Made by a program: the position numbers and the translations under genes. DNA of 64,000 nt from Phoronis australis (Eukaryota > Animalia > Phoronida), in the NCBI GenBank assembly GCA_002633005.1, contig NMRA01000260.1, positions 261,821 through 325,820 on the forward strand, in the 5' to 3' direction. Positions 1 through 13,879 of this stretch are shown here, piece by piece. The notes under the pieces were generated by a model that was given only the letters and a program-made list of their open reading frames with translations, did no database searches and had not been told where the DNA came from. Each line of letters opens with the position of its first letter. Positions within the stretch are counted from its first letter, which is position 1.

Positions 1-467
1 TCACACGTTGTTGCTAACGCAAAGTGTAGGCCTACTCCAGCGATTCAAGTACTTGAACTCGTGCGTGCGCACCACTTCAAAGCTGCACATCAAAAGAGAA
101 CAGCGACAGAGTCCTAAATGAAAGAGTGTAACGGCTTGACTGTAAATCATCCGGGTGTCAGTGGTTTATTTGAAAATAAACTCATAGATTTCCCGACAGT
201 TATAAAAGCCCCGATATAGTAACCCAAAACTGATGTTTTCCTGTTCCGATGTTTGCCGAGGTCGATGTTCCCTAAACCCTATATTCTATGCCCATAGCCA
301 GCTATTGCAACTAAACGGGTACTAGATGCAAAATTGTGGTCAGCGAACTTTTTATTCTTCTCTTCATACACCCTCCTCCCCCCGCAACTTTTCGCTCCCC
401 GGACCACCGTCGCCGTAAAATGTTCAGACTCCAATAGAAACAATCTTGTTCCGGCTGAAGCCGGCAA
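1..467. repeat. Dispersed repeat family A (unclassified TE), copy 1
   Basis: 1-140 resembles ~9885-10010 (CATCAAxAGAGAACAGCGAC..TCCTAA); 345-467 resembles 17305-17444 (ends GGCTGAAGCYGGC). Confidence 0.55.
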
Positions 468-2665
468 TTAAAAACAAAATTATTCTGGGTGGCTAAAAAG
501 GGTACAGTGTAGGTGGTAACGATATCCAGAAAGCCACCCCTACTAGATGGAGATTGCCTTGCAAAATCACATTGTTATAACGTTTCTTACCATTGCAGTC
601 TTCCAGTACCTTATTACTGCAAACACTCAGTTTAACCACTGTGCTCACGCACAAGCCTACTCCCTACCTTTGAAGTGTTTCATAATAAGCGCTCACTGAT
701 CTACTAAGCATTCCCCCTCAACTTTTGAGAATTTCCAATTAAGCGCCCACAGTTCAGGCTGGCGCTCATCATAGCGCACTCCAAACGACAGCGCGTGGTT
801 TAAAATTGACACGCAGCCTATATGGTGTGTCACTCTCATTTTAAAACAAATTCAGTTTTCAAAAACCGTCGATTCTCAACATGTAAAAACCAAATCCCGG
901 CTTTGTTTTATACCTCCGAAAGAATGTTACCACTAGTCACATGAGTGTCATTTTGCGACTGACCTATTTTTCCCGTACTTGGAGGGTATTGAGGAGCAAG
1001 CTCGCCATTACCTGATGGAAACCCGCACGGAGGGAATCGGGAATTATTTCGAGGCTATTCATTTCATGGAAAACTAATTGTTGAGTACGTAAACAGCATA
1101 AGTACCACATTTTTGTGGTGGAATTTGCACCAAATTGTTCCTGCACATCCAAATAGGTCATTCGGTTAGGGCATCGTTTCACGGATTTTTTCGATAGATA
1201 TTTTTCAAACATTGAGTTAAGATGCAAATTTTGGGCTGCGAACAAAAAGTGGAGGGAATTTGCACACCGAGTTAGTTTGAATCTTTAACGACTTTGATGA
1301 CCGCCAGCAGCATGTCAGACCTAGCAAAATCCCGGATACTTTTTCAATGGGCATTTTCTCCCTATTCACATCGCAAACTTAGCTACTCGAATGCACATGT
1401 CAGTTAGAGAGCACTGATTCAACTTTCACGTCGGCAACTTGCCTTGCACTCTAAAGCCTTTCAATGGCGGCCGTGAAGAACAGTAACGCCGTACTTGTAT
1501 GAACGAAGTCAATTTTGCAATCTGAAATTTGTGAGTATTTAACGCTGCAGGTAAGAGCATAATCTAAACATTTTCACGATGATCTGAAAAATAAATTTTG
1601 GTGCGTAAAAATGGCGGGAAAATTTTGCGGCCTGGCATTTATGAATGCGAGCTGGATTTTGAAAATGCGACTTGGGATTTTGGCTAGGTCGCAAAATGCA
1701 ACCTGGCGATGTTAATGGCGTCGAGCCCTGATGCGGGATGTGAAATTCGTCACCTTCCCAACATCAGTGAGAGACACGATAATGTATCTGATATCCAAAA
1801 CGAGGTCACAGACTTTTTTAACCCTGGACAAAAGAAAGTTCTACCACCTTGTAATTTGGGACGCCACTATATTCCGGTACTTAGCAACAATTGAAATCGG
1901 GAATATTTCGACGACCATACATCTCGACGTTTTCCAACATGATCTAAGAAAATGTACCAGACATTCCAAAACTTGGCCAATGAAAACAATGCGCTTTCTT
2001 ACCTCTACAACAAAGGAGAATTCTATTGCTGTAGTATCTGGAATGGACCTATTGGGGGTTGGCCAATTTTAAAATTGTGAATTCGAAAATGGTGCATGCA
2101 TGCATTGCTTGTGACGTGAGGTGGTAACAGAAACAGGACAAGAAGTATTGTGATACCCAAATTTTATAATGGTAAAGGCCCATAATTTGATTTTCGTTTT
2201 TAATTCAACTAAACAAAGCAAAATGCAGCTGTAGCCTCTAGGTGTGTATTTTTGTCCAGCTCCGGGTGAATTAATGTAGCATAACATTGTAACAGAAGTG
2301 TGAATCAATTTCACCAACAATCACGAGTGCAGAGCCTTTAGACTTTGACTGGGTGTTTAATGATGCAGTTGCTTCCTTGGCTGCAGTAGTGTTGCACTGC
2401 ATCTATTATGGACTGTTCATCAACAACAAGTAAACTCACGATCATTATTTTCCATGGAGGCAGACATCTTGAAGTAGGAAGCAGTCTGTAGCCAGTGTTG
2501 AGTAGGCCTATTTACAACTGGTCATGTGGGCCTACACAACATGGACATTGCTTATCGGACATCAATTTTCAATTTGATGTCTAACTAACATATTTTACGA
2601 AATAGCAAGTTTATCTATAGGCCTACTGTGAATTCCTTCGCGATAAAAAATGGAAAATGGTGTTA

Positions 2666-2842
2666 TGACGTCAGAGATTCATGAAAATACTGTTTTTTAA
2701 ATTGGTGTTCCATTTAATTTGGCATGTTTCTCCGGATTGCATTTTCCGTCACAAATTTTTGTTTCGTCCATGTCAACAACCAACATTTCTCGTGATATAA
2801 AGCACTTTTGATGGGTTTTGCTTTACTGCCGGGTCACGTGAC
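2666..2842 (+). promoter_or_regulatory. Putative proximal promoter of the MYRF-like gene: CRE (TGACGTCA 2666-2673) and palindromic E-box/CLEAR motif (GTCACGTGAC 2833-2842)
   Basis: Both perfect motifs lie within 350 bp upstream of the first coding ATG; a second TGACGTCA lies at 3559-3566. Function is inferred. Confidence 0.4.
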
Positions 2843-3013
2843 ACATGTGTTATCTCAGGACAGACCTGCGTAAGGAAAGTGAACTTTTGACTGTGATGCG
2901 ATGAGAGAAATGTTATCATTTCTGTGCGATCTAAAATAAATGCTCTCTTAAATATGAGGCGAACATGAGAAATGGATTATATGTAATCATGGAACGTGTC
3001 TAAATTCAATGTT

Positions 3014-3059
3014 ATGATGGAAGTTGCTTCAGAAGATCAAAACTTACAGGCAGTTCTCG
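3014..3059 (+). CDS. MYRF: MYRF-family gene, coding exon 1 (MMEVASEDQNLQAVL + G, phase 1)
   Basis: In-frame TAA upstream at 2984; GTAAGT donor at 3060; resembles the vertebrate MYRF N-terminus MEVVDETEALQRFFEG; joins exon 2 in frame. Confidence 0.8.
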
Positions 3060-3238
3060 GTAAGTCCACGTTCAAATGTTCTCGACTTTGTTGACATGTT
3101 TTGATCTTTTGGTTTTACATGTTGTTCTGTCGTATGGGGTCACTGTAGCCCCAGAGTCATGTATTGTGATTTAAGGACTATTCTTTGTAGTTAATTTTAT
3201 TTGTTTTTGCCAAGAACTGTTTAATTGTGTTATTTTTG

Positions 3239-3301
3239 CTGTGACTAAACAACATAACTTGACTGTGGCTAAACAACATAACTTGACTGTGGCTAAACAA
3301 C
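3239..3301. repeat. 24-bp tandem repeat, ~2.6 copies (CTGTGRCTAAACAACATAACTTGA)
   Basis: Directly visible. Confidence 0.85.
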
Positions 3302-5844
3302 GTGCGGCAGGCCTACACTCTGTCTCTGTTACTTAACTCAGTCAGAGTGTGACTGTCAATATTCAGGCCTATCGTAGCGCACTGTTCTCACCAGGCTTTC
3401 CATCATGTTCAGATTTTGAGCCACCATGTTCAATTTTTTATTGATTGCCGCCACTTGTAAAACGTTGAGTGTCATATGGCATGCAGTGTGAATCTCACCA
3501 TAATTTTTACCTATCTATTATGTAATTATTCTCAAAATTGTTTCACCTAATTTCTGATTGACGTCATTCCTTCCTTCCCGCTTCACTGGTGAGAACACTG
3601 GGTATACCGAACACTGAAGTGGAATGAAACTGCATTCATTATACCAGTAGCTATAATTGAAAGTGTTATTGTAACCGTACCTAAAGCCATGTCTAGGAAT
3701 GATATCAATAAATACTTGTTTCTAGTTTGTATCAATTTCTGCTTTCAAACATGTGACATAAAACGCTTCAATATTGTGATAGCATAGAAACGCCTTTCAC
3801 TTTAGAGCAATTTCAAATTCTGACGCACTTGCATGTCAGGTGTAGTTGAAAAGGACAGAATACATTTTTTCCATTTATGAATAATTTCAGACATTGGACA
3901 TTTTTCCAGAAATTATTTAAATATCTAGCCTTGAAACAGTTAGGTGAATTGTCAGCATGAAGTTCGCGTTTAGAATTTAAATATTAAAAACATTGGTAAT
4001 TCCCTCTGCATAAAATCTCAGCCTAAGACACGGTGAGCTGCAAGTGGTGGTGAAAACTGTCCACAAACTACTCTGTCGCCATAGGACCATCTGGTGACAG
4101 GCTGACTATGTATTCCATTGTGTTTGGCGCTATATCGAAAAATGTCTAATGTTGGATCCTAGTAACTGTATATATAGAAAAGTGTGTGTGTGGTGTGGAT
4201 TAAGATTGAGCTAAAACTGGTACATAGTTTTAGTTTGAAGGTTTAGAAGGTTTAGGAATAGGAAAAATAGAATTGTACAGATTACACTTTGCTTCCCTGT
4301 GGAAAGTGACAAGTGCAGCAAAACTAGTTTCCAGGCATGGAGTAAGTTGGAATATGAAAAAGGATAAATCTCGACAAAACCAAATATAAAACGATGAGGT
4401 AAACTTCACATTTGACATTTGAGTGATAACAGAATTTTATTATTAAACTTTCTTAGCGTACTTGATATAGGAAAAAACAAATGCTTTTTAAGTTTGTTAC
4501 TAAAAGCTGTATTTCTCCACTGCTGAACTGTCTTTGTTGAATTGTGAATGGAAGTGTTTTGGAGTTTTGATACATTACCAGTGACTCCCCTGATCTTGAT
4601 TTGTTGTCGAATGAGCTGGTAAATCAAGCTACGTGCAGATGCGACATTTTCAAATTTATAATTTTTGGGTTGGCCATTAACAGGGTTGAGTTGCATAGAT
4701 GTAAGAGTCTGTTGAAGGACGCTAATGTGATCAACGGGGCTGGTGGTAGATGGATGGTGGTGGGGAGGGAGAATTTTTCTCTTAGCCAAACAATTACCCT
4801 CAGAAGGAAGAATAATCTTTCCCCTCAGGTGAGCAAGAGCGCTAGTCAAAAAAAAATGAAAAAGAAAATGATTTCTCAATTGAAAAATGGACCAAAGGTC
4901 TGACGAAACACCCAAAATTGCTCATTGCAAGTGGAGCGAAAAATCAGGAGTTTGTCTGCTTTGTGATGGCTAATTGCCTCCTCAGGCTCAATATCTCATG
5001 CTCAGATTCATGTTTTATGTATATGCGTTGTGTACGAGCCTTCTGTTTTTTCCCAAGCAAACAATTGCGACACTAGTCTGTGTTTTGTCGGAACGCGTGC
5101 TCGTATGGGTGAATGGTGACTTGGGATTTTTACTAGGTTTCTAAACAAAATCTGAGGCCCTTCAACAGTAAAAAGCCTACAGCAAATCCATTTTGTCTTT
5201 ATCCAGTTATACAGGTTGAAATGCAGGTTTGTTAATACAGCTTTGTTCAACAAAAACAAGCGTCATTGGTTAAATATAGACTTGGGTTTAGCACTAACTG
5301 CCCTGTGTCATGAATTTTAACAAAAACATTATAAACATCTTATGCCCCTTGTCTTTCAAATTGTGTTTATATGACTTTGACCCAGAAAAAACTGACACCT
5401 TACCAGGTAGCAATGTGACTTGTTGAGGCCACTTTGTGCAATCACATTTTCACAAAAAATGTGTGGTTGGGCATTGGCAATTGAAATCACATTTGTCTCA
5501 TGACCTGTTTTTGTTGATTAAGTACTTATACCAGTTACCATACCTGTCGTTATTCATCACTTTGCACAATAATAATTGCCAACTATGTCATTTTTATATA
5601 TTAAATGCTATGTGGCAAAAACATTTCAAAAATTGAGCTTCATAACAACCAAAGACTTCTAATTTTGAACGCACAAAATTTCTGAAAACATTTCCTGGTG
5701 GCAGGTGTGGTGTTTTTAAAACATATAAAGTAATTAGGCATTTATTTTTTTGGAAAATTTCACTTTTGCTGCTGTATTGTGCCCTAAATAGATGAGATTT
5801 TGCTGTGATAACTTAATTTGCTTCATGATTACGGTAAAAATTCT

Positions 5845-6130
5845 TCAGTTTGGGTTAACGAAAAATTAATTATTTTACTCAAGTTTGGAGCTTGTTTCAA
5901 ATTCTAGAAATAGGCAATATTGGCTGTCCCAATTTAAGATTCAAGAGTCACCGAAAATAGGTCAAAACTACCCTCTATGAAGATTGAAAACACGTCCGAA
6001 ATTTGAGAAATATTGTGAATGCCAAAACCGCCCGTGTCCCAAATTCCAAAGTCAAGAAAATTAAATAATTAGTTTCCATGTCCTAAATTCTTGAGACTGT
6101 CCTAAACTGGAGATTCTTTAATCTTTACCC
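5845..6130 (+). repeat. Dispersed repeat family B (~280 bp)
   Basis: Core GTGAATGCCAAAAYCGCCCRTGTCCC recurs at ~24770 and, more diverged, at ~62850; partial copy near 28640-28800. Boundaries approximate. Confidence 0.6.
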
Positions 6131-6865
6131 TAGTAACTACAGTCCTGACTTCAAGATATATTTGCATGTTCCTAACTATGGTAATGTATAGCAGGAAATA
6201 AATGACAATGCTATTTTAACATAATATATGCTAAACAAAGTGCAGTTGTATTCACTGACAACTTGTAAATGTGAAAACAATCTACAGATGACCTTTTCAC
6301 TCATGACGTACCTTGTGGGGGGGGTCATATAGTCCGCATCATTCAGTGTTATTTCCCAGCACAACCTCATGATGCTTACTTTTTCACCACAAAACTTATT
6401 CTGAAAAGATTTGGCAATTTTCGACGTACTGCATAATCACTTCGTTCCCTGCTAATTTGACCACGCAATCACAGAGATAAGGAGTTACTTCATCTTGAAG
6501 TGTTCTGCACAAGTTTTTTTAAAAAAAGAGTAAATTCGAAACCTTTTGCTACTTAATTGCTTCAAAGCTGAAGTGCTAGAAACCTAGATGTTTGAATCTT
6601 TCAGTCACATTGAATATTTGAAAATATAGCATTAGGTAATGGTATGTTGACTTGATTATGAATAAGGGTTGTGCTATGCATGCAGGCATGCAGCCATGTC
6701 TTTTGATGATGTTATGCAATGATCAGGTACTGGCATATCCAATAACTGGGGCAAGGCGGATGTTGTCGTTCTATGCATGACAATGAACACCTAATGCGAT
6801 TAAGATACACAAGAGAAAACCCTTCTGTATGTAACTGCAGCTAATAATTACTTCTGGCCTGCCTC

Positions 6866-7070
6866 AGGTTTGCGTCCACACAGGACTTAGAAGTGGCCTA
6901 AGTTACCCTAGAACAAGTTACCTGACCTCGATAAGGTGGAATAAGTTGTCACAAATGGGGTAACTTGCTCTAGTTTAAAATAGCGTTCACACTGCCTCCA
7001 AACCTATCTAATACTCATTCCAGGAGGGACTTGTTCTAGGGTAAGTCACTGTCTGTGTGTGGACAGCACT
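6866..7070. mobile_element. MITE (Harbinger-like) with GTCCACACAG / TGTGTGGACAGC ends
   Basis: Inverted termini and internal inverted repeat (TTACCCTAGAACAAGT / ACTTGTTCTAGGGTAA); same end type as 20672-21061. Confidence 0.55.
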
Positions 7071-9884
7071 TATGTTGAGTAGGAAATCTGCTATAGAGGA
7101 CTTTGATCACAATATAGTACTAAAATGAATGTTATGCTCCAGTAGGGCACACATCCTGCAGTTGTACACTGCTACTTGAGCCTTATCTCTATGTTATGTA
7201 AATGGAATCATTTTGGCCTGTCATTCTACTCTACTGTCCCACTACTTGGTATAGTTCCTATACCAAGCAATTCACAAGCTGTTTCTCTCATATGCGATAT
7301 ATCATTTTCGTATTGTCCTTCTCAGCTCAGAAAATTATAGCAGTACCCTCTGTAAGAGTACAGTTGAATGTGGGATTTGTCTATTTTATGGTGAATGTTA
7401 TATTCCAGCAGAGTAGTTGCAACTGTTCCTTGGTTTTCCAAAGTTCTGAAAGCAGTGTCCGCCAGTTTACACTGTTGGGAGACTTCGATCATCAGTGCCT
7501 GTCAGTTTGTGGCAATGTTTTTAGAAGGAATAATCCCAGTAATATGTAGAATTTCCTCTTTTCTCACACGTTTCAGATTCCCCCGTTGTAATGGTGATAC
7601 ATGCAAATGGAATTTTTACTAAGTTAGTTGTCAATTCTTTGCTCTTTAAATGGCCTCTCACACCAACACATGGATGTGTCTGGGATTGTTGGTCACTATG
7701 AATGAATAACTTCAGTCTCTGATGGAAGTTTACTGCATAAGTTAACTTCACAGTTAACAGGTGTAGTATGAGTGGTTAACTTTAATGTCATTGCAGGTGT
7801 CAGTATACAATGGCACATGTTATGGTTCTATTGGATTTTTTTTTTCAAATATTTGCCATTCTACCTCTATATGCACTTCATTCAATTTATTATACAACCA
7901 TGTATATGCTAGACTTCGATAACTTCGATGCCCCACCCATCAAAGTGCGTAGCTACAAACTACCAAAGTCTGTCTGAATTGTTCAAATAATTTTACAGTT
8001 GTTTACCTCAAGGCTCCTCTGTTACTCCAGTTAAGTTGTCATGAAAAGACCTACAAAAAGTCATTCCACAATACACAACAGTTTAACATTTAGGGACAAA
8101 GAAGTTCTACAAATGTTTGGGCGCTATGTTTATGTACCAGTGAGTGCCTACAATTTGTATGAATGAAATCATAATTTCTGTTGTGTTCTTTTTGTAGTCA
8201 TTAAGGGTAGGATTTTTCTTAAAGATATCAACAGGCAGTCAGGTGGTCATATATTACTTGTACTTACAGTACAGTATTTTTTCTTATAGTTCGTACACTC
8301 TATTAGTTCGTTCACGACCCTTGAAACATGGCGTTTGTTGCTAATAGTTCGTACAGTAGGCGTCTGAGGCAAAAATAGTTTGTACACAGAACAAAGGTTC
8401 TGTTACCCTCAGATTAGTCCTACACAAATAAATTTACAAAAGTGCGGAGTATCAGTACCGTGCCGTCCTGTAGTCTTGTTAGAGCCGATTCCGGTGACTG
8501 TAGCGCGCAGACGACAAATGACTATACAGTGCTCCACTTGGATTGCAACTATTCTCACGTGGCAACGTTGTAGAATTGCGCGCATGCAATCTTCATGTGT
8601 TGTAGATGCTACATAATATAGATTAAATTTATGGCTACAGTGGTCCCATGACATGAGTAGAGCTGTGCGCGTATTACCTGTAAAGTTCTGAGTGCACAGA
8701 GCAATTTATTAGTTGTTTGACAAAATAAATGTTTGAAAAACTAATTCAGGTGTGTTTTCTATGGTTGGGAATGTTTGTGTTCGAGACTCCATGACCCAGT
8801 GAATTGTCAACTAAGGATTAGTGCAGCTGTCTTATCTCGAACGTCTGGCACCGCTCACTTCAGTTGCCATTGCCTGAAACAGAATCAGAGGTGAGCAGAC
8901 ATGAGCCAGTCGTCAATCAAAAGTTACTGCAAGGGCATTACTCAACAAGTATTTGTTTAATATTTTATGTAAAAAATACTAATGACTTTGACTGGGGATG
9001 AGTCTTATGAACCCGTACAGTGGGGGTCCTAGGGAAAAAATACTTCGTATAGTAGGTGGATCGAGCGAAAAATAGTTCATAACATGTCTTTGTCGGTAAA
9101 AATAATTTGTAAACAAATCGCCGATTATTCGAGTAATCGGCAGTTAGTGATGAGCTCTAACCAGCAATGCCTACTTAGCGAGCATGCAAAAGTTCGGTTC
9201 GGTTGCAATCACCCCAGGACTCAGCACTAGACATTTGTGACCTGAAATTTGGAAATGCGAGCCGAGACTGGTCATCTCGTATCAAGTCGCAACATGCGCC
9301 CTGGAAATTCCCAAGTACGCGAGCCTAGCTTTTGGCGGCAAGTAGATACCTGGCACTTGTGCAAATCTGGCCATTATTTGGTTTCCAAATCAAGTTGAAC
9401 ACTAACAGAGAACAGCCATCTTCATTGAGTTGTAAACATGTCGCAGGAACATTGGATATCGTCTTTGGGATAATTCAGAACCGATCTTAGACTCGTTTCA
9501 TTGGCTGGTGTTTTGGGCTACTTTTGTAAATTTTTGGATGAGCCGGCAAAAAATTCGGACCACGGCATAAATATGGGATAAATTAAAAACTTCACAGCGA
9601 TGTTTCATTCATTAGGGACTAACTTACCAACTTTGTGATTAAAAAACATTTGTTTTTCAAGATGTCCTGATTAGCCTATTACAATATCCCTGACAATATC
9701 ATCGCACTGTGGCACTGGTCAGTCCCGCTGTTTGCGTGATATGTTCCAGCAGACAGTGACTTGGAAATGCTGTCAAATATTGGCCTGTTTCAATATGCAT
9801 CTCTTTTTTATGGCAAGACACCTAACAAATTCTCCAGCCCTGTTATCTGGGGCTGAGCATGTGTGCGTATGTATGAGTCACCTG

Positions 9885-10050
9885 TCACTCACATAATGTT
9901 GCTGCCAATGTAACATGTGCTCCAGTGTGGGAACATACACGCGCCACTCCAAAGTCGCGCATCAACAGAGAACAGCGACGATCCTAACTGAGAGAGTATA
10001 CTTGCTTGACTCTGTACCGGATAAGGTTAAGCGACCCAGGTGTTTACTAC
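9885..10050. repeat. Dispersed repeat family A, partial copy
   Basis: Similar to 1-140; AGCGACCCAGGT shared with ~17210. Confidence 0.5.
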
Positions 10051-13000
10051 ACTCTTTCACAGTGCTACGAAAGATAGCATTGTAAGGCATTGATTCCATT
10101 GCATGAGCAATTTCACAATAAAAACATTAGTTTGATGTAATTTTGATTGATTTTTCAAAAAGTATTGAGGCATGTTTTTATAAGGGTAGCAGCAAATTTT
10201 TCAAACATTGTTCAGATAATTGTAGTTTAAAATGTTAAAGGGGTTCTTTGTTGTAAATGGTTGGTCAGAGTCAAAATTTTTGGCTTCTTAATTTTAACAG
10301 ATGCCTTCAGGTCAACCTGTGTCTAGCTCAACAAATTGGTTGACTCCTGACACTGGCATTTCAAGCACAAGTTCAGTAGTCAGTTCCTTACACAGTAATG
10401 TTTTTTGATCTCATGCGGTCACCTCGTCTCAGTTTGATACTTGTTTTCTGCGGCCTGAACTTGATTAGAGTTCTCCCGGCGACTAGCTACCCTCTCGTCA
10501 GGCTTTAGTCTGTGGCTATGCGCCAACGCCTGAGGACTGTTTCTCTGTGTTTGGCAAGTCCTGGCTCGGACTAGCGTCTCAACAGAATCTGGAGTGCCCG
10601 CGGATATCCAAGGTCATTCACGGTCATGTTTTGCCATCCAAAAGGTTTGTTGACTGCTATATTTTGCTGGTGGTTCTGGGAGATGTTAATTGCTTGTCAG
10701 AATTTAGAGGTATCCACTGTTGTTATTCTGTAAGTTGTAAATAGTTTAGAACTAGGAATTCTTGGTATCTGCTACAGGGACTGTGATACTGTATTGTCAT
10801 GAACTGTTCTCAGTCAGGGATTGAAACCTTCTGGTTACTTGGGTATTATGTTTCTAGGAAGTGGTTTTTGGCTGTTTATGATATGGCTTCCTACATGTCT
10901 TATACCTATCCTTGTAAACGACAACATGTTTAGTTTTATCTAGAGTAGTTTTTAGTGCAAATGTTTACCCTCATTTCCATGTGCTGCTTTGAGTTCGCCT
11001 GTAATCTCCCAGCATCATGTCTGCATAATGTGTGGGATGCATGCTTCTGTTTGCTTGGAGGAAATTCTAGGAGTTAATCCATCAGTGTCTGACCTTGTGG
11101 GGGTGTGATTGCCAATGAGATGTACTTGACTTTATCTAACGTGACACCATTTATGGTCTGATTTTTCTTTCCTTCTTAGAATTAAAGGATGGTATCCTAG
11201 TGTTTATACGAGGGTCAAAGTTCTCTTTGAATATAATTTCCACATCCCGGATTCAATTAACTTCTTTCGGATTCAATTAACTTCTTTCGCGGAAGTTATC
11301 AAATGCATTGTGCTATTGACCCAGTTTTTGAAAGATAGGGCCGCACACTAATTCTGTGCTGAGTCACAGGTGAAGCACGATTCATTGCATCCAATCCGCT
11401 TTTCAAAAGAAATTTCTCATCATTGCAATTCAATATGAAAAAGTGTATAAAGTTTATTAGTATTAAATGAACAAGTGGCCATCCAATTTGATGTAAAATA
11501 GTCTTGAGGAGAGCAGCAAATGCCCTTCTGAGTCGCAACATTGTGGGTAAATACTATAGAATGAGACAGCATTGTGGGTAAAATAGGTCAGAATCAGAGA
11601 GGGTGGTGGGGTACTTAGGGAAGTGGCTGTTGTTTTGGCATTGAGAAATTTGAACTAAACAATGTTGGCAAATGTAATGATACGTGCTTGCCTTGTGATA
11701 GTGCTAATAGAGGGGCTGAGAATTTGATACTTATTTGAAATGCCCTACCATAATTTCCTTTTTAACTTATTTAGTTGGTTCAGTTCAGTTTAGTGTGATT
11801 TTTTCAAAAAGCATTATGGTTTCAGACCAGTGACTTTTGCAATGGATGATTGTGGATTGGAATGGTAATATCTGGCTTTTGTAACAAGGGTTGTGTAATT
11901 TAATCATAACTGTTGGGTTCAGGCGTGGGTCAATTTATATGATAACAGTGACCTTTGACACTCTTGATAACTGACATGTTTTGTTTGTGTGGTAAAAGGT
12001 AGTTTTCGGAAAGTGAAGTATACACAGCACTAATTAAGTGCAGTGTTGCTACAGCTGCACTCTTCAAATTTGAAAAGAGGTGGTGAATCTGCATTGAATC
12101 AATCAATGAATTCCATTCTTCACAGTAAAGTTTCCTCAAATATTAGAACACAATATGTTGGAACAGTAAAATTTTATTTTATTGAAATTTCAACAGTGGT
12201 AAATAAGGAGACAGTTGTACATGATTCTTTGTTAACTAAACTATGTATTGCTGTCATCAACAAACACCCGGTGAAATTTTGAACATTTATAGCAATACAG
12301 TAAACACCTGAAAAACGAGAAAATGACAATTTTGGTAATCTGTATGCCAGCTTGAGATTTTTAAGAATCAAATGAAATTTAAGTTTTAGCATCCAATGAA
12401 CCAGCGGTGACTGTGTGTTATGCAATCACTGTCAGAATTGTTCCTAATCCTTTTGATGAAAGTGTGGACATTTGTGCAAGTGTTGAGGAAGTGATTAATG
12501 GTTGAAATATTTAATGTTTTCCTTAGTGGAAATGCAAATATTTGAAGAAAGCCAAGCATGTATTGCTTAGATGTTGGCTGTATCGCTATTGTTCTAATTT
12601 GAACGATATGTAGCTTGGGTTAAGATTTGGCATGCATCAGTAATATAGATGCTGAAATGATAATATTGAGTCATCAACATAAACTTGTTCATAACAACAT
12701 CATTGTGTGTTCTCATCCCTTGTTTTGAAATTTGTTTGTGATAAAGAATTACATTCACTTACCCTGTCTGCATCTGTGTTTTTAAAATTTTCTCTCTGTG
12801 ACAAGGAACTGATTTTCTTATACTGAAGTGTATAATGATTTGGTAAGGATCTGCTAGTTCTTCTTGAGTCTAACAGTTATTCCTAATCTGAGTCACGGCA
12901 AGATGAGACTGATTTTATATCAATAAGTGTCCTACCCTGTCTTAAACAGCCAATGGTAAAACAAGTGGAAAATTTATCAGCTATGGAATTTTTATGTGTA

Positions 13001-13879
13001 TTATGAGGACATAATCATTGAAGTCTGACCTGAAGGCAGTATCATATGTTAAAGCAAGCTTTCTCAAAAGATGTCATATTTTCTCTCTTATTAGTAATTA
13101 GCATGCCACTTCTTTGTTTTTGTCATTTTTGGTGCACAGCTTAAATTTTGACGACTATTAGGCCATAGTCCATTCGACTCTTAGGAAGCCTAGAACATCA
13201 CTTCTGTGGCTAACTTTTTGGGGACAAGATTATTTTGGTGTTTTTAAGGATATTAAGTACTATACTTTAAGAATCTAAACAGTTCCCAGGGTTTGACTTG
13301 TACGTTTACGAGAAATTTGACCTAAAAAATCTTGACTTTGCAAAATTTGGCACAGAAAACCAATCTTCAAAAACCAACAACACTAGACCCAAACTGAATG
13401 ATAATTTGATTGGGTTTTGTTCATTTGAAGTTACTGGACAAGAAAATCGATAAATATTATGATAATAGGTGGAAAATTACTCAAAAAAGACATAGAAAAT
13501 TTTTAGCAGCGCCTTCTGTTGGCTAGAAAACATACTACTATATTCTGTCTGAACTACCAGAACAATACTAGTGTTAACCATTTGGAACGTGATAAAGATT
13601 TGATATCACAACCTACATATGAACATTAACAACATACATTTCCATCTTTCTGCAATGAATTCACTGTCATCACTTTCATTAATTGTTACGATTAATTATC
13701 TTTATCCACATTGCAGTTCATAGTCAACTGTCACAGGGAACGATACACCATTCAGTCCTGACATCCACGAACATGATAAAATGTAAATATTTCCATTTGG
13801 TTTCAGATTTAAAGTTTTTTAACAACATAGCACACACTTTTTATGTTTGTTCATCCACTCCATTGTTTAGATATTCATC

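Noticed and set aside
4406-4915. 169-aa minus-strand ORF and overlapping 100-aa plus ORF
   Set aside because: No recognisable motif or convincing splice structure; likely chance ORFs in intron.
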